Made by a program: the position numbers and the translations under genes
Shown: positions 55,001 to 64,000 of the stretch, piece after piece
Numbering within the stretch: position 1 is the first letter of the stretch
How the letters are laid out: each line of letters starts with the position of its first letter
Notes under the pieces: generated by a model
What the model was told of the DNA's origin: nothing
Seen by the model: only the letters and a program-made list of their open reading frames with translations
Database searches by the model: none
NCBI GenBank assembly: GCA_012295275.1
Contig: CM022671.1
Span: forward strand, 7,688,001 to 7,752,000
Origin: Chrysomallon squamiferum
Taxonomy: Eukaryota; Animalia; Mollusca
Length of the DNA: 64,000 bases
Direction: 5' to 3'

Positions 55001-55814
55001 TCAAGTTTCTGTTTTGGATAATGGGGTTTTTCAGTTCCTTTACAGGGAACTATTATTAGAATAATATACATGTAAATAAAATTCACTTATAAATTAAGTG
55101 ATAATAATAATAACAATAACAACAACAATGACATTAATATAATTAATACAGCTATAATTTATAATTACAACAATTTTTATTATTGCTGCTATTTGGTCTT
55201 CTTATTATTATTACTACTGCTACTACTATTTTATTCTTTTTCATAGACGGATTGATAGATAGAGATAGATATGTGTATATATTTAGAACCATATTTTTTT
55301 ATATTATTAATACGATCATCGTTAATCATTTTATATGAAATAATTACAGTGTCTATGGGATTCAGTTTAAATTCAGTATTTTAATCAGTTAATTTTAATT
55401 CTTTTTTCAAGATTAGTATAAATTCGTATAGCTGGAAACTGTCCAGAACAACCATCGTTACTAATGACCGATTAAATAAATTAACACCGATTATGTTAAA
55501 AAAAAAAAAAAAAAAAAAGTTGAAACAGATGTGATCTATTTCTTTACAAATTATGATAAACTGAATATCATGCATTATAGTTTCAGTAACAAAACAAAAT
55601 TCACTCACTTGAAATAATAATAAATACATTACACAGCACACAGCAGGCGCCCAAACAGTTTTGAACTACTCTTTTGTTCATGTTGTTTTACTTCGTTATT
55701 AATTTAAATCGGACATTAAAAGCCAATACAATATAACTCATACCTTGCAAGTATGCAGAATACATTTAGGCCATTTCTTGCTATCGCCAAAAGTGCTCTT
55801 TAAAGATATAAATG

Positions 55815-56079
55815 TCATGACCGTAACTAGGCTCTTTTTTGAAATGAGGCAAAGACACTTAATCGCCGGGACAAAAAAAAAAAGTGGGCGAGGGGTCTTG
55901 GGGCCGAATTCATTCAGTGGATATTGTTTCTATCGGAACAGATATTTATATTTTATATTTTTAAAATAAAACGTTTGCATAAGACTATAAATAAATAAAA
56001 ATATATATTTTTTTAAAAACATTTCGATTTCGGCATGAGGCATTTGTCTCATTTGCCTCAATTTTTGGTACGGCCATGA
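55815..56079. mobile_element. MITE-like element with imperfect terminal and subterminal inverted repeats
   Basis: TCATGACCGTAACTAG versus the reverse complement of TTTGGTACGGCCATGA (12/16); subterminal TGAGGCAAAGACA versus TGTCTCATTTGCCTCA; no clean TSD. Confidence 0.55.
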
Positions 56080-57462
56080 ATCTATGTACATGAGTTATTG
56101 TTCTTTGTACTAATTTACAAGCTAGACATCGAAACAAATGAACCCGATATATAGTAGCATGCGTGTCGGACTTTCGGGTATTTTTCCCAAAACTTTACAC
56201 ATATAACTATATATTGAGCAATGGTTTACTTAATTAGTGCTGCCTTATTTTAATAATTAATTAACTTAGACGACAGTTAATTTGTTAATTGTCCCCTTCT
56301 TCTTGCATTGTCCATACTCATACGCTCTTTTGTCCGAATTTTCGAGGACTATTTCCCCTCTGCCGCCTCGGTTGTACGCCCATCTGTAGCAATTGTTAAT
56401 TTTTGCATCTGTCATGCCTATATAACAGTTTCAGTGACATAATTCTTCATAAACACATAAGGTCTCTGCCTGTATATTATATCACTGTTTTAAGAAGAAG
56501 AAAAATATATATATACACACTACGTATATAAACAAATACACTTGCACAGACACATTTATACATGTATATATATATATATATACAAACACTCGCACATAAA
56601 TGAGCGTCAAATTTTTTTTTTTTAATTTTTTTTATTCTTTTATTTTTATTATTATTATTTTTTTAATTTAATTTTTTATTATTATTTTTTTTTTAACAAT
56701 AAACTGATGGGTTTTATTTTATTTATTTATTTCTTCTTTTTTTTCTTTCTAAGAAGATGAAAAACCTCACCTTCAGACTCAATGATTATTGATATAACAA
56801 ATCGCACTTCCTGATCTACGTTACACATGGATTTAAAAGGAGTGACAGGTCAACCACTGAAAACTGCTCGGGGCATTTAACCAGTTGTGTAATGTTACAT
56901 AACTCTCGACTTGACAACTCGCTAGGTTACACAACTGTTGTAATTAATGTTTTATCTGACGTATGTGCATTATCATAGAGAATTAACTTAGAGGTGCTGA
57001 CACACACTAGCATTTGTTGTAACAATTCCGTGTAAGAAATAATAATCAGCTATCGTGCATGCACCGATTTTATCGATTTAACGAAAACATAAGTAATCAT
57101 CATATACTTAACATTTTATGCAGCCACGTGATAAATGAATCAGTCAAAACTGGATTTTGTTTGTTCATTTTTATTTTATTTTATTTTATTTTATTTTATT
57201 TATTTTATTTTTTTTTAATTTTTTTTGTTGGGGGTGTCAGTGTTAGAACCAGAGATAAAAATACGTTCCTTTGTTTTATATTGTCCTGATAAACTTTTTA
57301 ACCTCTTTAGTATATTTGTGGTTATCAAAATCAGTTAGGTTAGTGTTGTGGATGTTAAATGAAAATAAACACAATCATTTTCATGCATCGATGGTTCGGT
57401 GCTAACAAATATTTATAATAATTAGACTCAATTTCTATGGGTGGGGGAGAAAAAAAAAAAAA

Positions 57463-57504
<42 letters not shown>

Positions 57505-58082
57505 AGAATATTAATTAATCATTACAATAAAGCTGGACTAATTGAGTCTGATATTCAGTATCTTATGTCGAAATGTATGCGGCCAAGACAGATCAGGACA
57601 AAACCCACCTTAAAAATGACATTTCAACATTTCATCCAGGATATTGTTACATTTATGTTATATATGAATAAAATGAAGAAAACTTATTTGAGGGGATGGG
57701 TGTTGTTGTTTGTTTGCTTGGCTTTTATTTATTTATTTATTTATTTTTGTTGTTGTTGTTGTTAATAATAATAAAGTTGGTGTCATTATTATTATTATAA
57801 TTTTCTAAATATAAAACAAAATAATAAATAAAAATTATTTTTGTGTCAGGTATAAGCTTCATTTCAAAATAGTAAATAAATAAATTAATTAAAACAAATA
57901 TCTGCCCCCAAAAATAAAAAATCAACAAAAGGAAAGCTAACATTTGAAAATGAGACTGGCGCCGTGGAACTAGGTTAAAAGAAACAAAGGATGAAGCAAC
58001 ATGTTTTCTTTAGCTGTATATTAAGCCTACTCTATGCATAAAGACACTGAAAGTAAGGTGACATTTTTCACTCTAACTAGAG

Positions 58083-58187
58083 TGACGTCATTCACTGTGA
58101 AGCGGAAATGAAGCATCCCCACCACTATAAAATGCAATGTTACGGCGTAATTTTATTTAATTAGAGCTAAGGAAACTTCAAAACAGG
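58083..58187 (+). promoter_or_regulatory. Probable CNBP core promoter and short non-coding exon 1
   Basis: Palindromic CRE TGACGTCA 58083-58090, ETS-like GCGGAAAT 58102-58109 and TATAAAA 58126-58132. Donor AGG|GTAATT at 58188 pairs with acceptor tttcag at 59343, 14 nt before the CNBP ATG. Confidence 0.6.
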
Positions 58188-58382
58188 GTAATTAAAAATT
58201 AACTGTAATTCATGTTATTTATCTTAAAGAATTTTATTATATATCTAATCGATCTAACAAGCATATATTCTATGACAAACTGTTTTATTAGTTTAAATAA
58301 AAAAAAATTATTACTTTTTATTATTATTTTTATTATTATTATTTTTTATCTGCACATAATCTAAATAGCACCTAATCTTTAA

Positions 58383-58444
<62 letters not shown>

Positions 58445-59357
58445 AAAATAATGTAATACAATATATCGTATCTTTATTATATATCCTGATTTAATGCGAT
58501 AAAATGTGGTGTGAGACCAAAGCGATTTAGTGCCGTGCGCAAATTTTAAAGCGTGGGGGGAGAATGAGAGTCGTGTGCAAAACTATAACGAGGCGCGAAA
58601 AGAAGTGAGAGGGTAGTATTAGAGAAGTCGGAGGGTGAGGTTTACGTGAATTTTTACAAAAGACATATATTTTTATTATTACATTATACATTTCTGAAAG
58701 TTTTTGTATAGCTATTTTGTATTATTTCAATTTGTCTTTTATATTATTGGCCGATTACGATATAACCTGTACAACATCGTTGAACATGGAATCCAGGAAT
58801 GCACATGGCCGCCCCACATGGTCGTTATTCTTGTGAAACATATTTTTTTCGATATGCCCATAAAATCATGAATCTGGATTGAATTACAAATGTACAAATA
58901 CGCTAAATACCAATGTTCACAAACGATGTATATAATGCATTGTGTAGAAATATTTATTTAAATTGATAAATGTGTAAAAAGACGGAAGATAATAACTTCA
59001 ATAAGCTGTAAAGTGTATTATAACTAATAAGTTAAATGAAGATGTTTGAAGTAAAACAATGTATATGTATAATATTTCCACACAGCAGATAAGATTTTAA
59101 AATGGTAAAATTACTCGTGTAACTAAGGTAGTGAAATACATTTAAATTAACTGGTATACAATTCTATATACAAATCAACATTAAAAATACAAATTACAAA
59201 TAAGTACTGAATAGGATAGAAACCGAAAGTGAATTTTACTTCCACCCCCATTTCTTTTTACCTAAATAGATAGGTTTGAACAATAAATTAACCTGAAAAT
59301 ATTTCTTGTCTATTTTATTAGTAAATGTGTAATATTGTTTCAGAGGTGTAGTTCAGT

Positions 59358-59469
59358 ATGTCATCAGGAGATTCATGTTACAAATGTGGGAAAGCTGGGC
59401 ATTTTGCACGTGAATGTCGTGCAGGTGGAGGTTTCCGTGGCCGGGGAAGAGGCCGAGGAGGCAGCAGTG
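59358..59469 (+). CDS. CNBP: CNBP coding exon 1: knuckle 1 + RGG
   Basis: CYKCGKAGHFAREC RAGGGFRGRGRGRGGSS; donor GTAATG, phase 1. Confidence 0.93.
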
Positions 59470-61339
59470 GTAATGTTTTTATTCTTGTTGTTTTTCACTT
59501 CTCCTTTTTAATTTTTTTCACACACCCTCCCCTTTTAAGCAGTAATATGTAAATTTTGCCATGTCCACAACTAAGTATTGCTTTACATATTTTGAAATTA
59601 CTTGTGTATGTTGACGTTGATATGAGGCAGTTGGTGGACAGGAGAGGAGAAGGAATGTGGTGCAGCAGAGGAGTTGCCTCCATTACCGTGTAACTCACGT
59701 GGCCACTTATTCCTCCTTTACAGGACTCCCGATTCAGGAGAGTGAATTCTTCAGCAGACTGATTGCATCTTTTCGTGTTTGAAAGAATCTCTGCCATTGT
59801 TTGTTGCTATTTTAACAGCTGACACGACAGCCTTTTCTGCCTCGAGAATGCATTGAACAGGGGTGGGTAAGTTTATGCTTGCAACCACATACATGCTGAA
59901 ACTTCCATTAAAACAATGCTGTTGGGATCAGAAGCAGGAAGGTGTGAGGCGTTAATGTTGAAACAATACACTATCTCATTTAAATGAGTGTAAAGTTTCA
60001 GCACTGAGATTGCAAATACCAGAAAATACTGTGTATAATTGGTTAAAATGAATGCTTGCTTCTTAGCTCATTATTCCCTTGCAAAATGTTTATTTTTTCT
60101 TTTTCCTCTCCCCTAATTTGCTGACTATTATGTATTGTGGAACTGTGTAGCTTTAGAACTGGGTAATGTTGTCAACATTAAACAATTTTGAGAAAACGGT
60201 GAACTGATGAATCAAGCATTTCATTTTAACTTGGAATAATTTAGCCCTTTTTTTTTTCAGGACATAATGGTTGCACATATCATCCAATGTTATAGTTAAA
60301 ATCTCTAATCAGTGTATTTCTGAATGATCTTTTTCATTTGTTAAATTCAAAGTCTTCTATTTGAATGCAGTTTGTTACTAGATCAAAAAATGTTAAAGTT
60401 CTAAATATTTTTTAGTGGAATAAAGTAATGGGCATTTTGTTGGAAAGTTATCAATTGGGAGTACTTTTTACAAGTGGTCATAAAATTAGTTACAGCTCTG
60501 TCCATCAAAAAGAAAATTTAATATTTGAATATTTTGGTGTTTGTAGAATTTTATAAAATTATTTTTTTAGTTTTGCCTACTCAGTGAATTTTGTCAAACT
60601 TTAAATGAGTCTTAACAGTTGATAACATTTTAGTACTGATGTGGAACACCGCATTCTTTTAATTAGTGTTACAAATAATGTCTTATTAGTGTAACTGTCA
60701 AACTGACTGAAATCATTTACACACGTTTCTGGAAAACAGGTCAGCTGTTGGAACTAATAAATTATATGCGTACTATAAGACAGTTATTTTTTGATGAAGT
60801 ATAAATCTACATCAATCACTAGTTTTGAATATACATAGCAACAAAAATCTTTGGCCAGTGACTATTCTGGTAGCTAAACTAAAAACTAATCTTTTGACAA
60901 CCAGTCATTAAAAAATGGGTGCCAAGAGGACACAATTGGAAAACACATCTAGATCATTTCTTGATTTTTTTTAAGTTCAATTTATTTTTTCTCCACTTTT
61001 CTGCCTGACATGAGATTAAAACTAAGTTATTTTATCTTATTTAGTTACCTCCAACATAAGTTCAAGAGATAAAGTACAAAAATCAATTCAGATAACAAAT
61101 TTTATTTTGATAAAAAAATTATCTACATCAGCTAAACATTTTAGCTGAAAATCAGTCTGATCCATTAAAACATCTAATTATTAATCAAGTACAAACTAGC
61201 AACTTTTTTCTTCCACAATTATTTTGTAACAAATACGGCTAAAGTGGGGGGGTTAAAAAGAATTAAGTAAAATAAATAAATAAATACAGGGTTAGTATAG
61301 TACTTTTGCTAAAGCCTGCACTGGGCTTTTTCTTTACAG

Positions 61340-61465
61340 AACGGTGCTTCAGGTGTAACCGCTTCGGTCACATTGCACGTGATTGCAAGAGTGGCCCTGA
61401 GCGCTGCTATAAATGTAATGAACTTGGTCACATTGCTAAGGACTGTGAAAAGTCTATTGACTCAG
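61340..61465 (+). CDS. CNBP: CNBP coding exon 2: knuckles 2-3
   Basis: CFRCNRFGHIARDC, CYKCNELGHIAKDC; tttacag acceptor, donor GTAATC. Confidence 0.95.
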
Positions 61466-62145
61466 GTAATCGCAGAAGAAAAAATGTAAAAGGGATTTTT
61501 ATTTTTATAAGTAGGATTTTTTTTTTTTTTTTTAATGTTTTTTTTCTAATTTTTTTTTTTAAATTTGTTAGAATTAGTTATTTTATTTTGAAGATCTTAG
61601 AATTAAAAATGAAATAAACATTTTTATTAGAGTAATTTTTTTATATATTTAAAAAAAAAATGTAATATCTTATTGTGTTTTATATAATTTCTTATAAACA
61701 AAGAATCACATAATCAAATAATTTTATGCAAGGTGCTTGAATAAAAGCACTTGTTAAACCATCCATATATATATATATACAAGGGTAAAATGAGAATATG
61801 TTCATTTAAGATGTGTGGTGTGATTTTGTTTGTTTTAAAGGAATCAGACTGATAAAAAGGTTTTTTGTTCTGACCTTTTGTTTCCAGTGTTGAAAATTTA
61901 GACTTTTTTTTTTTCCTATGATAACTTTTATTAAGTCTTATAATTTGTCCCCCACACCCACCAAAAAAGGAAAAAGTTGCATGTTTTATACATGGAATTT
62001 TTTATTATTTCTTCCAAAACACAGCATAGAATGTTTTAAATTAGTTACAATTTGATATTACTGTTTTGTTGCTATTTGGAACTGAGGCGTCATGACAAAA
62101 AAATAATACTGAAATTTGCTTTACACTGTTTTTCTTGTCTTGCAG

Positions 62146-62359
62146 GCGCTTGCTATAATTGTGGTCAGTCTGGCCATATATCTCGTGACTGTACTTCAGA
62201 GAGGTCAACAAACTGTTACAGATGTGGCGAACAAGGCCATCTGGCAAGAGACTGCCCAGACCCACCTAATGGCAGCAACGCCAAAAAATGTTACAACTGT
62301 GATGAATTTGGACACATCTCACGCGACTGTCCTGGAGGTTCAGACAAAACATGCTACAC
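62146..62359 (+). CDS. CNBP: CNBP coding exon 3: knuckles 4-6 and start of 7
   Basis: CYNCGQSGHISRDC, CYRCGEQGHLARDC, CYNCDEFGHISRDC; donor GTAAGT, phase 2. Confidence 0.95.
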
Positions 62360-62613
62360 GTAAGTAAAATGTCAACTCATTATTTAACATTTTCTCACAT
62401 CAAAAATCTGGAAACGATTCTAATTTGCTGCACTAATCGTTTATATTTGTATTGGATATATAATCAATAGGGTTGAGAAGCTCTACTAATTAAATTAAAT
62501 TGTTGGCCATGATTTCTTTCGCCGTTTATTCTCTTCATATTATGAAAGCTACTACTTGAAATCTGAAGAAAAGTTTAAAAAAAAATAATAATAATAATAC
62601 TTTTTATATATAG

Positions 62614-62746
62614 ATGTGGAAATACTGGACATTTTTCAAGAAATTGTCCAGACAAAGCTGGTGGAGGAGACATGAAGGACATCCAATGCTATGGCTGCAA
62701 GAAATATGGACATTTTGCTCGAGACTGTCCTGAAGAAGAGGACTAG
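62614..62746 (+). CDS. CNBP: CNBP terminal coding exon: knuckles 7-8
   Basis: (CYT)CGNTGHFSRNC, CYGCKKYGHFARDC PEEED-TAG. Confidence 0.93.
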
Positions 62747-63941
62747 GCAGTCTGTTTTGCGCTGACCGCTTAAATTGGAGTTCATACACACATATATAGC
62801 TGGGGATATTTTTTTTTTTTTTTTTTTATGTAAATGACTGAAATAGACTGTCTTGCAGTTTGTCTTTGGGAAGGGGGTGGGGTTGCAAAGTTTTTAAAAA
62901 AAATAATTCTTTTTTTTTCTTTCTTTCTCTCCCCATTTTAAATTTGGAAGTTGTTAACTGTTGCAAAATTAATCATTTTAGTATGAATTTCTCTTTGAAA
63001 ATGCATCATGAGACTTCATTTTAATTGTAGTTTAACATGCATTCATGTGTTGCTTAATTTTAGTTTTAATTTCATCTGTGTAGAAAGTATGAAATTGCTC
63101 ATGTAATAATAGTACGCGTTTTAAATGTCTTTGTTTGTAATTTCAAAAGTTACCAGAAAGTTGCATGATTAAATATGACATTGAATTGTTCCTTAATATT
63201 AGATGGATTTTTTCTTTTAATATACACAAACAGCATGATTATTAATTTCATGTAGTTTCAACCTAATGTCTTTTTTTTCTCAACACTTATGATAATGAAG
63301 TATTTGATTAGTATGTGCACAACACAGCACCCTATCTACAACAAGAAAATTCTCAGGAAGTAACGTAATAAGGAAGAAATGTTTTAATTAACTCGGATCA
63401 TCTCTCCCAATTATTTGGGCAGCTAAGTTGATTTGTTTTATTAAAGTGTACAATTCATTTTGATAAAACGATTGATTGAGAATATATTTAAAATCAAACT
63501 GATGCTGTTATTCTTCATGTAAAGCTAGTTGGAATTACCACTGTTGAATATTGAATTGGTTTCAGAGTTAAAAAGGAATTAGTTGATGCAGTTTTATAGT
63601 GGTTTGGTGTTTTTTGCTATTACAAAATCAAGTTGAATTTACCTGTAGCTTAGTTGTTTTCTTGAATATGGTAATCTTTGTATATAAATATATTTTTTAC
63701 TGTAATCCTTGTGTGACATTCTTTACTATCGGTTATTGCCATCAATGTTAACCTCAATTTCTTAGATTTTTGGGAGAAGCAATTGGGCAGTTATTTTATA
63801 AGTGACTTTATAAAATGTAAAAAAGACAAACTTCGAATAACCTTGATGGTAATTTCCAACTCCTTCATCTCTGGTGGACGTTGGTGAGGCAAGCATCATT
63901 CCACACTCATCGCACTGTATATTTGGTTGTAAGGCAGCATT

Positions 63942-64000
63942 TCACAGGAATGAAGCATAGTGTGTGGATCTCGCATACACAGAATTTGGCTTTGTATATA
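63942..64000 (-). CDS. Possible 3' end of a convergent gene entering from the right edge (...YTKPNSVYARSTHYASFL-TGA)
   Basis: GC-richer than flanks and open on the minus strand to the window edge. All three minus frames are briefly open, so the frame is uncertain and the product is not recognised. Confidence 0.25.
   Translation of the reverse strand, partial: YTKPNSVYARSTHYASFL

Larger units (their letters stand above)
59358..62746 (+). other. CNBP: Gene span: CNBP-like cellular nucleic acid-binding protein (8 CCHC zinc knuckles + RGG), 4 coding exons, 194 aa
   Basis: Starts MSSGDSCYKCGKAGHFAREC followed by an RG/RGG box, as in CNBP, then seven more C-x2-C-x4-H-x4-C knuckles; exon phases consistent. 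Confidence 0.92.

Noticed and set aside
58386-58443. Repeat tract in CNBP intron 1, reminiscent of the human DM2 CCTG expansion site
   Set aside because: It is an (ATT)n tract, ubiquitous in this window and unrelated in motif to CCTG.
60200-60325. TGATGA...CTGA pair suggesting a C/D box snoRNA in a CNBP intron (similar pair on the minus strand near 54863)
   Set aside because: Box C lacks the leading purine, there is no convincing terminal stem or recognisable rRNA guide, and such short motifs are expected by chance.
59358-62746. CCHC knuckles as retrotransposon Gag remnants
   Set aside because: Intron-containing gene with RGG box, eight tandem knuckles and a TATA/CRE promoter; no LTRs or pol.

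Overview
This is AT-rich, microsatellite-rich animal genomic DNA with spliceosomal GT-AG introns. An invertebrate, possibly a mollusc, is inferred from style only. Four intron-containing protein genes were assembled by hand with consistent exon phases. (1) The 3' ~2,190 codons of a nuclear receptor corepressor (NCoR/SMRT/SMRTER family; + strand, 1..17311, 5' end outside the window), with two SANT domains, GSI and ITS motifs, CoRNR boxes and a C-terminal LSD motif. (2) MZT2/MOZART2 (- strand, 21075..20402, 122 aa). (3) A complete oxysterol-binding protein OSBP (+ strand, 23021..47732, 13 coding exons, 771 aa, PH-FFAT-ORD), head-to-head with MZT2. (4) A CNBP-like CCHC zinc-knuckle protein (+ strand, 59358..62746, 194 aa, 8 knuckles plus RGG). 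Introns carry decayed MITEs, degenerate tandem repeats and a ~0.88 kb CA array. The best leads are a structured, GGAG-rich candidate poison exon in CNBP (possible autoregulatory NMD switch), two Cys4 zinc modules (one THAP-like) between the NCoR SANT domains, a duplicated splice acceptor and a candidate poison exon in OSBP, and perfect ER6 and DR2 nuclear-receptor elements. No prokaryotic-type systems, tRNA, rRNA or CRISPR arrays were seen. Most short ORFs in the supplied track are low-complexity artefacts.
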